Below are positions 26,190 to 38,145 of a stretch of 64,000 bases of DNA, one piece after another. Where the stretch lies: NCBI RefSeq assembly GCF_006345805.1, contig NC_043018.1, forward strand, positions 23,250,001-23,314,000, read 5' to 3'. How positions within the stretch are numbered: position 1 is the first letter of the stretch; each line of letters opens with the position of its first letter. Below the pieces are notes generated by a model. It made no database searches and had not been told where the DNA came from. It saw only the letters and a list, made by a program, of their open reading frames with translations. Both the position numbers and the translations under genes were made by a program. The stretch is from Octopus sinensis (lineage: Eukaryota).

Positions 26190-27062
26190 CTACTCTAGGC
26201 ACAAGGCCCGAAATTTTGGGGGAGTGAGCCAGTCGATTAGATCAACCTCGGTACGCAACTGGTACTTAATTTATCGATCCCGAAAGGATGAAAGGCAAAG
26301 TCGACCTCGGCGGAATTTGAACTCAGAACGTAGCGGCAGACGAAATACCACTAAACATTTCGCCCCTGTGTGCTAACGATTCTGCCAGCTCGCCGCCTTG
26401 AGAGGGGAAAATATTGTTTTTTGCCTTTCATCCTTTCGGGGTCGATAAATTAAGCACTAGTTACGCACTGGCGTTGATGTAATCGACTGGCCCCCACTGC
26501 CCAAAATCTCAGGCCTTGTGCCTGCAACAGAAAGGATTATTGGTAAAGTGACGAGCAGGCAGAATCGTTAGTATGCCGGGTGAAATGCTTAGCAGCATTT
26601 CGTCCGTCTTTGCGTTCTGAGTTCAAATTCTGCCGAGGTCGACTTTGCCTTTCATCCTTCGGGATCGATAAAGTACCAGTGAAACACTGGGGTCGATGTA
26701 TTCGACTAGTCCTCTTCAAAATTTCAGGCCTTGTGCCTTTAATAGAAAGGATTATTATTATTATTATTATTAAGTCGGCATAACTTAGAGTGGCTCAAGA
26801 ACTAAGAGTGTCGTGCTCAGCAGTTACCCATCTTATTTCAAATTAGGTGTGTGTGTGTGTAAGATGGAGGTTCATTTATAAAGACCGGCTGAAATTGTAT
26901 TTGTATTACCAACACACATACATACACATTTCTTTACTACCCACAAGGGGCTAAACACAGAGGGGACAAACAAACAAGGACGCACAAACGGATTAAGTCG
27001 ATTAACTGGTACTTAATTTATCGACCCCGAAAGGATTGAAAGGCAAAGTCGACCTCGGCGGA
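26190..27062. mobile_element. Cluster of four Meta-type SINE copies in mixed orientation
   Basis: Central domain seen near 26290 (-), 26430 (+), 26640 (+) and 27040 (-). Confidence 0.75.
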
Positions 27063-27354
27063 AGCTTCAGGCAGTCCGTAGCAGGTAAAGGAGAACTAAA
27101 AATGGACAGTGTACGAAAAAGAACAATAACAATTTATTGGCATTGAAAGTTACACATTTTTTTTCCATATCGAAGTTACGAGGAAATTCAATAAGCTGAT
27201 AGTTTCTTCATAGCTTACAGCTAGCAACAACTAGTTGCTACATTTTGCTCTCTCGGCTGGGCCAATCTTTTGGTCGAAACATATCTAAGCCTGTATTGTT
27301 ATCTTTCGTGAGGGCCATTCATTCATCCCCACCCCTTCAATAAACACACGCACT

Positions 27355-27720
27355 ATATACTCTTTTTTTTTTACTCTTTTACTTGTTTCAGTCATTTGAC
27401 TGCGGCCATGCTGGAGCACCGCCTTTAGTCGAGCAAATCGACCTCGGGACTTATTCTTTGTGAGCCCAGTACTTATTCTATCGGTCTCTTTTGCCGAACC
27501 GCTAAGTGACGGGGACGTAAACACACCAGCATCGGTTGTCAAACAATGCTAGGGGGACAAACACAGACACACAAACATATACACACACACTTATATATAT
27601 ACATATATACGACAGGCTTCTTTCAGTTTCCGTCTACCAAATCCACTCACAAGGCATTGGTCGGCCCGAGGCTATAGTAGAAGACACTTGCCCAAGATGC
27701 CACGCAGTGGGACTGAACAC
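27355..27720 (-). mobile_element. Family A SINE, 5'-truncated
   Basis: Homology stops at gggactgaac. Confidence 0.85.
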
Positions 27721-28405
27721 GGTTCGTTCTTCACTCATTTATTTTACTGTTCGTATTTTAACCCGTGTCCATTGTCTGAAAATCTTTCGTCACACATCTG
27801 TGACCTCTTCAGTGATGCATTTCGTCCCCGTACATGCCCCTGCCCGCAGAAAACTGTTTAAAAAGAAACTTGGTTTTGGTGGTGTGTGTGTGGAGAAACC
27901 CCCCCACACACGCGCGTAACCTCAACGCCGTCGCTCGAACGATATCTTTAGAAATAGCAACGGCATCTCCCTCAAATCACGCCCTGTCGCCTTTGAAGCA
28001 CACCTACTCAATCGCATCCCCACTTCTGAATTCGTTTCCTCATAACTCTCAGAAAAAATTGATAGTCTTTTAATGAAATTTTCTAAAATACCTTTCAGAT
28101 GACGTAGATTCCGATTATATCGGAATTTAATGCGGAAAAAAAAAATTGGGACGGGGGTGAGGGGTTCCGGATAATTCATACGAGTCGACTTTGTTTCCTC
28201 ATAACTTTCAAGCAGGCAGATATTTTAAAAGTAATTTTACTCAAATACCTTTCAGGTGGTGTATACTACGATTACATCGAAAATTAGTGTGTGTGCTAGT
28301 GGGTATGGTAGGCGCGTACGCATACATACTGATACACGTCACATAATTTTTTCAAAATTTTACTTTCAGTTTGTACATGGTTGTGTTTGTGTACGCGCCC
28401 ATCAA

Positions 28406-28436
<31 letters not shown>

Positions 28437-28502
28437 TTTTTAAAGGTGTAACGTTTATGCTAGTCTTGATAGAATTGTCATATCGGTTCAATTTTAACAA
28501 AA

Positions 28503-28540
28503 CTGTCCGACGAACGGGAACGTGAAACTCCGAGTAACAG
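28503..28540 (+). ncRNA. Minimal type I hammerhead-like motif (Penelope-type) with U4C core variant
   Basis: ctgt-CCGACGA-acg(ggaa)cgt-GAAA-ct(ccg)ag-TA-acag; all three stems pair perfectly; GTA triplet. Confidence 0.65.
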
Positions 28541-29113
28541 GTTTTGTTGAATTTCTGCTGCTTTTAAATAAAGCATATTACTCTACCCCTGGTATTTGAG
28601 TACTCTTTTTTTCCCACCTTGTTTCACATTTATGTGTTTACTCCGGTATATATATATATACATAAATGAGGGTGCAAAATTAGATATTAATTTAATAATA
28701 CCGTCAGTTTAACACCAAGTGACCCAGCACATAGAAACCGCTAGGTTGCAAGGACGCAAACAAACCAACACCGGTTGTCAAGCAGTGGTGGTGGGGATAA
28801 GCATAAACACAAAGACACACAAACCCATAGTACGATGGGCTTCTTTCAGTTTCCATCTACCAAATTCTCTTACAAAGTTTCGGTTGGCATAAGGATTATG
28901 GTAGAAGGTAAGGTGCCACGCAGAGGCAAATGACCCTGGAACCATGTCGTTGGGAATCGAACTTTTTACCTCACAGCCACTGTAATATATCGGATTTGTT
29001 TTATTTTAGTAAATAATTTATGATTTTTTTTTTAATATTAAAAAAAAACAAAACTTTTTTATCTGTTCTATTCTTGCGTGTTACTCCGATTTTCTGTACC
29101 GGAAATTGAAAAA

Positions 29114-29513
29114 TCTTTATATATAAAAGTCAAGTTGTGTGTCTGTCTCCTACGATTTAGATTCCGAACTACTCCCACATTTTGCGGTGCAGTTTAACCA
29201 AAACCGGGTATCTTATAGTCGTGATTCATATCGAGCCCTTCTGGGTATTAGCGCGCGTCTACGATGAGTCTACGATTTTAAAAATAATTTACCATCATTT
29301 TTTTCCATTTTAATGCATTTTTTTGCTATTATATAAGGGAAGTAACTCTCTAAAAATGTCTACGATGAGTCAACGATTTAAAAAAAAATTAGCATAATTT
29401 TTTTCCCATTTTTAATGCATTTTTTTGTTGCTATTTTTTGGCTATAACTCTCTAAAAATGCTTATATAGTTATTTCCCTTACAAACCCGAGCAACGCCGG
29501 GCGATACTGCTAG
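29114..29513 (+). mobile_element. Non-autonomous Helitron
   Basis: A|TC 5' end, subterminal hairpin CCCG-agcaacgc-CGGG, CTAG|T 3' end, no TSD. Confidence 0.88.
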
Positions 29514-29859
29514 TAAATAAATAAAACTGAAACTTTATGAAACTGGACGATCTTATTTATGGCCAGCTGTTTAAACCTCAGGTCAGGTCAGCTCTCATTA
29601 AAGACTTTCCTGCCGTGACTATACTGTCAAAGTCCTAAAAGTACCGTGCACCTAGGTACTCATTTTCCCAGGTGATTTGCTTTCTTTTCACTTTCTGAAA
29701 ACAGCAAGGATGATATGAAAGACGTTTGGTTGCCATTTCCAGCAAATGAAACAGCTACGGGTCACCGATGCACACACACACACACACGCGCACTTGGATG
29801 TGATATCCAGACGAGTGTTTACAGTCATGTTACGGTTGTTTCCCTTCTATTCTGCCTCT

Positions 29860-30260
29860 TTACTTCTCCTTCCCTACTCCTCTTCCTTCCACCTTTCTCT
29901 TTTTCCCCCTCTTCTCCTTCCTCCTCCCACACTTGTTCCTTCCCTTCTTTCTACTCTTCCATTTTTACCTCGCTCTCTTCCTCCTCTCACTCTTCTTCTT
30001 TCTCTTTTACTTCGCCCTCTTCCTTCCCTTCTTTTCTACTTTTCCTCTTTCTCTTCCTCTCACTCTGCTTCCTTCCTCCTCTTTCTACTTCGCCCTCTTG
30101 CTCCTCTCACTCTTCTTCTTTCCCTTCTTTATACTCTTCGTCTTTTACTTCGTCCTCTTCCTTCCCTTCTTCTTTTACTTCGCCCTCTTTCTATTCCTCT
30201 CACTCTTCTTCCTTCCCCCTCTTTCTATTCCTCCTTTACTTCGTCCTCTTCCTCCTCGAT
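29860..30260. repeat. CT-rich low-complexity tract with recurring acttcgccctct motif
   Basis: Polypyrimidine plus strand; source of three spurious ORFs. Confidence 0.9.
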
Positions 30261-30861
30261 AACAAGAGTGGAGGTCGTGTCGTGTTGTGTGTTGTTGATT
30301 TTATGTGATGCTTTGGTAGTGATGGCGGGATATTGTTTTACCCCCCCCCCCAACCCCAGATCGAAAGACGTTCCAACCGTAACCATCCTATCCTGTTTTT
30401 GTCAAGACATTATCAGATTTTTAGATAAACTTATTTTGTTTTAGCAGCTCGAGCGAGCGACTGCCTCTCAATAATCTTATTTTACAATGATGTGATTAGT
30501 GTTGATGACGATTGACGACGTTAGTCCACCCCCACCCCAGATCAGCTCTGGTTGAGGCTTTCCACCCGGAGCCATCCCGCCTTTTCCCTAGGCACAGTAC
30601 CCGTCTACTGTACATTCCTTTTCTAATTCAATGTAGGGAGGTTCGGCTGCTATATAATAGCAATGTCGATTGACAGCGTAGAAGAAGCTCCTTCGTTGGT
30701 TTGTGATGGTGATGATGTCCTAGGTCAACCCTGGTATAGCAGAAAGACCTATGGCTATTGATTATTCCAGCCACGACCCTCCCGCCTTCCAGAAGTAGGG
30801 AACCCGTGACGGAGGTGGTGGTGTTGTTGGTAATGGTAATGGTCGTGGTATGTTGTTATTT

Positions 30862-31023
30862 TGTGAGTTCAAATTCCGCCGAGGTCGACTTTGCCTTTCA
30901 TCCTTTCGGGGTCGATAAATTAAGTACCAGTTACGCACTGGGGTCGATGTAATCGACATAATACTTATGTCTGTCCTTGTTTGTCCCCTCTGTGTTTAGC
31001 CCCTTGTGGGTAATAAAGAAATA
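30862..31023 (+). mobile_element. 5'-truncated Meta-type SINE with 15-bp TSD
   Basis: TSD ggtatgttgttattt at 30847-30861 and 31024-31038. Confidence 0.88.
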
Positions 31024-31841
31024 GGTATGTTGTTATTTAGCTCGGTCAACAGTGATCGAGCAGACAGACCTTTGGTGTCAGGCGTTCCAGCCATGATCAG
31101 CCTGCTTTTTCCCAAAGAAGCATCCCAGGACTACATCGTTTTATGCTTGTCCTTCCTAGTTGAAGGCCATGCACTGTGATTTAGTTGCTTTTTCTAGCAG
31201 GTTGAGCGACCACTACACTTTCGGTTCTTTTATTGTGTTGCTGGTAGTGGCGGTGATGGAATGTTGTTTAACTGCAGGTCAGGTATGGCTGTGTGGTAAG
31301 AAATTTACTTCCCAACCACATGGTTCCGGGTTCAGTACCTTTGCGTAGCACCTTGGGCAAGTGTCTTCTCTAACCCCAAGTTGACCAAACCTTTCTGAGC
31401 TGATTTGGTCGACGGAAACTAAATATATTGTAAAAGTGGTAGTGTGAGTTGAGCGAGATTTGGCTGCTATTTCTAGTTGTCGACTGTAGTGGTCGTGATA
31501 GTAGCGTTAGCCTTAACCTTAACTCCCTTACACGCTTTCTCCTACTCATCCTTCTCTCTTCTTTATACCAGCCACCCTCGCTCCCCTCTTCACTCTTTCT
31601 TTTCCTATCCCTCCCTGTTCCTCTTCCGATCTCTTTCTGTAACTCTTCCCTCCTACTCTCTTTTTCCCCAGTCATACCCTCATACCTTTCCCCTTTCTTA
31701 TAATTCGTATCCTTTCTCTCTTTTCCCCCTCTCATCAGTTTTCTTTTTCTTAATATACTCTCTATCCCGTCACTTCCTCTCCCTACCTTTCTCTCTCTCT
31801 CTATATATATATATATCGTCTTCCCCCCTTATGTGTATATG

Positions 31842-31875
<34 letters not shown>

Positions 31876-32072
31876 GGTACTACTAGCGAACAGTGGTCCC
31901 GGTGCGCGCCCTCGCGCAAGCTAGTCGTGACTAGTCGATCCTGCAACGACTTACGTAGCAAAGTAAATAAAACACAAAAGCACAAAGTAAGGATCAACTA
32001 GTCACGACTAGCTAGTGCGGATGCGCGAGTACGCGCGTGCGTGCACCGGGACCACTGTCCGCCAGTAGTACC
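31876..32072. mobile_element. GC-rich MITE inserted in a (TA)n microsatellite
   Basis: 30-bp TIR GGTACTACT(A/G)GCG(A/G)ACAGTGGTCCCGGTGC plus inner inverted CTAGTCGTGACTAGT(C/T)GATCCT. Confidence 0.85.
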
Positions 32073-32606
32073 TATATATATATATATATATAAATATATA
32101 AAATCTTCAACCCTCTCTTTCTCGTCATCTTTCATACATTTTTTGCCCCCCATTTATTTGTATTCCCCCTAAAAATTCCACCCCAATAGTTTACTCTTAA
32201 CATCACATTGAACTGTCCCCCCCTCTCTCTCTCTCTTCGTCTTCTCTCACTACCACTCTTCCCCAACTCCACACATTGTTTTCGTTCTGTTGCTTCTCTT
32301 GTGGAGACTTCTCTTACAAAGCAGCTGTAGTAGTATTAGTAGTTTCTATTATTGTTATATAGTGATTGTAGCTATATAGTATAGGCGCTGGTGTTGGTGG
32401 TGTCTTAGTGGTGATAATCGTAACTGCGACGGCCGTGGTGGTGGTGGCGGCGGCGGTGGTGGTAATATTCGTATGGCTTGTGGGTAGGAGCGAGCGAGGG
32501 AGGAATGAAATTTTTTAACATATTCCCGTATATAAGCCTTCCATACCAACAGCAACAATAATTTTTCAATCACCAATTACTCGCCCCACCCACGCTACCA
32601 CTGCCT

Positions 32607-32643
<37 letters not shown>

Positions 32644-33019
32644 GCGACTACTGCTGCTACTTGTTATGCATGAGCTATCACCGCTGATAAATAACATCAC
32701 TGGTGATACGGGTGGTGGGTGTAGTAATAGTAGTAATGATGGGGGGGGGGTTCTGTCTTTCTCTACTGCACTTAATTAGTACTGCTGGTTACTTGTACTA
32801 ATCACAACACAAATTAATAATACCACCACCACCACAACACTAACTCAAGTGTCGTAGAAACATTTGCCACGAATACCAATCCAGCAGTAACCCACACAGT
32901 ACCACATCCAGTTTTAGTAGTTACATTAGCACCAGTACCATCTGTCACCACCACCACCACCAGAAACACCACTACCATCTTCACCTCTACCCAGGGTCTC
33001 CAATCTCGGCTCCACACCA

Positions 33020-33260
33020 TTCATGCATGTCTGCGCATGTTTCCTCTTCGCTTGTCATGTTGGACACTTCGTGATATCTTTACGGTTACGCGCGCGGGCG
33101 CGCGGAGTCTCGCTGTGTCCCTACACCCCCCCCCCACCCCCGCCACCGCCCCCCGGGTTTTGTTTAGCGAATGAAATCTTTCCATGCCAGATGTGCGTGT
33201 CCTGTTTTGGTTTTGTTTTTTTTTTTTTTGTTCCGTTTCCCCACCCCCCACTTCTTGTAG
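33020..33260. promoter_or_regulatory. Candidate internal promoter or enhancer (CpG/GC cluster)
   Basis: TGCGCATG, CGCGCGCGGGCGCGCGG and C-runs in non-repeat sequence, at the edge of the CpG-preserved domain. Confidence 0.4.
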
Positions 33261-33479
33261 TTCCTCTCCCACTCCAGTCTGTGTGCCACTGCCAGAGCCA
33301 CAAGGGCCTGGCTAAGATTGTGCAGTAAATGCAACAGCTGCAATAACATGAACGAAAAATGTCATGGTCACCATGATCATCATCATCATCATCACGATCT
33401 GAGCTCTTGTACAAACCCACCCCATTTATTTTTCTACCTGACAACTTGTGTAAGTCTTTCCGCCTACTTGTCCGTCCCT

Positions 33480-33521
<42 letters not shown>

Positions 33522-35928
33522 ACCCCTTTGTTCTGTTTATGTTCTGTCTGTTTCTGTCTATCTTTCCTGTCTGTACCCATTTGTGCCTCTATGCAACAAT
33601 TAGCAACGCAAATTTAAATTCAGAATGATAGAATTATGCAACTTTGGTGCTCCCTTTCTTGACTAAAAAGATCTTGCTTGCTACACATGCTAGAACTCAT
33701 CTATGAAAAAACCTCATTTTCTTTGTCTTCCTGAATATTGCCACCAAAGTGCATCAAGCATCTTAGCTACTTTTTCAGGGCCAGTATTTAACAATGAGCT
33801 ATTAATGATTATCTAAAAGGCTTAAGATCCTTTGTTCTCATATTATCTGTCGCTGTATTCAGAAATATGTCATTCACCATTTGTTTTGTTTCTTATAATC
33901 TTCATATTCCTGCGGTTTCTTCATTTGTCTTTTACTATAACCATCTACCTGATCACTCTCAACCTCTCTCCTGCTTTGGCCTTTCTCTCATACCCTAACC
34001 CCTCGTTGCATAACAAAGTCACCCCACTGGCTAGGTGGGCAGACCAATATTCTCCTTGAACAGAACACTATTCCACCACAGGGTTACCCATTTACAGCTG
34101 AGCGGACTGGAGTAGCATAAAATGAAGTTTTGCTCAAGAATGCAAAATACTACTCAGTCTGGAAATTGAAACCATGACCACAAGGTCATGAGTGCAGCAG
34201 CCTAACCACTAGGCCACACATCCTCACAATTGACATAACCCAATCTCTGCTCTACAAACATGTTGTCATCTCTCTGCCTTTTTCTATTGTTACTTTGATG
34301 GCGTCTATTCCTCAGAATTGGCTCAACTCGTGCCACCGCCACTCATCTCTCCCGCCCTACTCATTCATCTCTTGTCACTCAAGTGACCTCATCAGTAAGC
34401 CTTGTAACCTACAATCCTTACACCAACTGCTGTTCACAATCCTTCCTTCCCAGAGTGTCAATCCTCTGGAATTCCCTCCTCACTCAGGAGTTTTCTATAG
34501 GTGTCAGAATGTCAATGGTATCAGTCTCATTGATTTGCAAGGGCCTATAGCGGTCATGCACACAACCCCTTGCTCTGGATCTAGCAAATACAAGAGAGAA
34601 AAAAAACAAGGTTTAATTTTATCATGACTGTCATTGTTTGAGTGAGTAAACCAAGTTTTATAATTATTCTATGGTTGAGCTACTAACAGTGGAAAAAAAG
34701 CAGCTAGCCATGAATAATATGGGGTCAATTAAAAGCATTTCATTCAAGCCTTAGTTTGTATAAATGTGTGCAAAGTATTTTGTGAAGAAAAACTTCTGTT
34801 GCTCTGAAAGCCGAGCTTAAAACAAGCTACCATATGACTATGCTCTTTTCTGCATTACATTGGTAGAATTAAATAAATTATTGGGGCACGTAAAAAGCAC
34901 CATCTGAACGTGGCCGATGCCAGTACCGCCATGACTGGCTTCCGTGCCAGTGGCACATAAAAAGCACCAACCGATCGTGGCCGTTGCCAGCCTTCCCTGG
35001 CATCTGTGCCGGTGGCATGTAAAAAGCACCCACTACAATCACAAAGTGGTTGGCATTAGGAAGGGCATCCAGATGTAGAAACACTGCTAGTTTTGACTGG
35101 AGTCTGATGTAGCCTCCTGGCTTCCCAGACCCTGGTCGAACCGTCCAACCCATGCTAGCATGGAAAACGGACGTTAAACGATGATGATGATGAGAGTCAA
35201 GCTGAATAGCTTCAGAGATAAGGACATCGGATATCACACTTTGAATCTGTTTGAAGCCTATCGTTATAATCTTCAAATCTAAAGCCTGTAGTTGTATTGA
35301 TCTTAGAGCATAGGCTTTAGACTTGCCTATCTTTGCATGTGGAGACTGGATCTGGCAAACTCTGTGGAAGAAACCTTGATGCCTCAACAGAGAATGTGGC
35401 TGCAATAACTCCTTATGGAATCCAGAGGGCTAGATGAAGCAAGCAAGACATTTGGTCATCCATCTGTCTTCATCCCTTGACTTAGTTTTGTCACTGGACT
35501 GAAGATCTGAAGATGGTCATGGATGAGAAAGTGAGGTTGGCAACGTGCAACTCTTCTTCTCTTTAAATAAAGTCATTACATAAAGTCATCAGTCATCTCC
35601 AGGCTTACCAGATGGTCATCATCAATCTGACAAACATTCATAGCATAAGATTTAGTGGTTTAGGGTCTATAACATAACCATTGCCCAGTACAGTGGTTCT
35701 CAGCTGGAGTCTGTATGGCCCCTGGGGTGCATATAAGATTTTTGGGGGTTCATGAAAGCAAAATAGTAAATTGGGGACCCACAGTAGTATATTAAGGGTC
35801 CATAAAAAATTTTGCTTTGGATGTAATTATTGCAAGAAACAGGTTTTACATAGTTCAACCTACAAAAGTTAATGTGAGAAAAGCAAAATAGGGATTTTGG
35901 AAGGAGTTTCTATAAAACTAGTTTTTAA

Positions 35929-36147
35929 CCCTTTAGCGTTCAGATTATTCTATCAAACGTAATGCCTATTGATTCCCATTGATTTGAATTAATCATGCAT
36001 TATCTCATATCTTCAAGATCTTGATGGTGTAATTATTTAATGTAGAATAACATTGTAGGATAGGTGTGAGAGCCTGGATCTGGTCAGTTTGAACATAAAA
36101 CAGATCAGCTATTTTGGCCGGATATGGCCGGTTTAAATACTAAAGGG
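35929..36147. mobile_element. piggyBac-like MITE family 2, nested in a hAT MITE
   Basis: TTAA|CCCTTTAGC ... CTAAAGGG|TTAA; relatives at about 14140-14477, 48841-49020 and 62803-63023. Confidence 0.8.
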
Positions 36148-37429
36148 TTAAACATCAAATGGCAATGGGAGAAGGGGTACCAGAATAAAATAGTAATCAA
36201 AGGTGTCCATGGATAAACAAAAATGGTTGAGAACCCCTGCTTTAGATGGATGTATTGCAAGAAACAGGTGGGTTTCTTCCTCGAACATTTTACACAGTTC
36301 AACTTAAACAGGTTAATGTGTGGAAAACAAAAGAGGAAATTTGAAAGAAGCTTTTACAAAACTAGTTTTTAAACATCAAATGGCTGTGGGAGTATACCAG
36401 AATAAAATAGTAATCAAAGGGGTCAATAGATAAAAAAAAGATGATTGAGAACCACTGCTCTAGTGCTTATAATACAGGTTTTGGTTGTCCGAGTGTAGGC
36501 TCTGGTTGTTGGGTGCCCTTAGTGTGAGCTTTAGTTGTCGAGTGCCTGTAGCACAAATTGTAATGGTCCTGTGTGTATAGTATAGTGTTTAGAACCTGTG
36601 GGGAAGACATGGTTGGTTGATCAATAACTATAATTGCATTTTTATTGGCATTTACCTTCGAGGCTAAACTGACATTTGAACTTGGGATCTGAGTAACCAA
36701 ATCCAGCTGATATGCGTTAATGACTAAATGAGAACAAATCTCAATTAGTTTGAATGTTCTACTGGTATAGACATGAAGATCTTTAGATCTGGTGACCATT
36801 ATTGAGGCCTGATTTGATGATAAAACCATAGCTGGGGTGCACCTACAGCGCAGGTTTTAGCTGGGGTGCACCTACAGCGCAGGTTTTAGCTGGGTTGTGC
36901 TTATAGTGCAAGCTTCAGCCTGGTTGCACCAACAGCACAAGCTTTAGCTTGACATACTTATAGCATATAATGCAAGCTTTAGCCATGTTGTACTTCTTGC
37001 ACAGGAGTTAGCTGTCCCATACTTTGACTATACTACCACCCTCATTAAGTCGAGCAATGCGATATTTAATTACAAGAAATTGTCGTAAACAGCTGGAGGT
37101 CAAAGTTGATTTAACCTAAATTATTTAAACTCCTCATCTCTGGGCTTCATGTCTAGAACTAGAGATGGTGAAATTTGAGGTCATGTTGTCAATTTCTGTG
37201 AAAGGCACCAGTGTTGTACATGAACTTTCTACAACTGACAAGTCAGTTGTACATACTAAATTATCTTTCATTCTTCCACTAGTAACGTGTCAGTGACCAG
37301 CCCTGCTTCTTTGATACAAAACCCTTTTACTTCACTCTTTTGCATTTAAACTGGCCATATCTGGCCCAAATATTCTACCAGTTTTGTGTTAAAAGTGACC
37401 AAATCCAACATTTCACACCTACCCTACAA

Positions 37430-37580
37430 GGACGATTTCATCTCAATCGAAGGAGAGGGGCTTTCTCCGTCCAGGTTGTGGACCCGTGGAATAAGCTGCC
37501 GGACGAGATAGTGAGGATGCCGATGACCGCTCGGTTCAAAGTCTCTCTTCACCAGAAATGGCCTGAACTCTTTGCATGAA
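37430..37580 (+). mobile_element. CR1-type LINE extreme 3' fragment
   Basis: GRFHLNRRRGAFSVQVVDPWNKLPDEIV in ORF 37340-37579. Confidence 0.7.
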
Positions 37581-37897
37581 CACCCCTGTACATAACTCCA
37601 TGTCCCCCTACATGGCCTTGCTTTTTGCTTTTTGAGCCAAAAAATTAACTTAACATAAAAATATGCAATCACACCATTGAAATTTTGAAGCTACAAAATA
37701 ATGTGTAATTAATTCAAAACAATGTGAAAAAATATGCATTACATTTGACTAAGAAATCTGAATGCTATAGGGTTAAACTGACCATAGCTGGCCCAAATAT
37801 TCTACCTGTTTTAATCAGTATTTTAAAGGGTTAATCATTTTCTAACTATATTTCCATCAAAATACTTTGTATGTTTCTGTCAATTTTAATATGATCA

Positions 37898-38145
37898 CAA
37901 TTGCAGCGTGGAAGGTGTTTGTAAGCCATTTAAGAAACACACAAAAGCCGTTCGATTCACTTCAACATTTAAGTTTAATTTGTCAAAATATTTTCGTCAC
38001 TAAAATCCGCGACCTGTTCACAGACAAAGGTCACAGATTTTAGCGACGAAAATATTTTGACAAATTAAACTTAAATGTTGAAGTGAATCGAACGGCTTTT
38101 GTGTGTTTCTTAAATGGCTTACAAACACTTTCCACGCTGCAATTG
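37898..38145. repeat. Near-perfect inverted repeat, arms of about 115 bp
   Basis: caattgcagcgtggaa...gacct (gttcacagacaa) aggtc...ttccacgctgcaattg. Confidence 0.95.

Noticed and set aside
29715-30444. 197-232 aa Ser/Phe/Leu-rich ORFs
   Set aside because: Low-complexity pyrimidine tract
34371-34395. Minus-strand CTGATGA followed by a GTCAC/GTGAC hairpin
   Set aside because: No GAAA, stem III or stem I; not a hammerhead
35507-35530. CTGAAGA...GAAA spacing
   Set aside because: Stem II cannot close properly and there is no NUH/stem I pairing
36467-36829. 120-aa minus ORF
   Set aside because: No splice context; at best a decayed LINE endonuclease fragment, too weak to call
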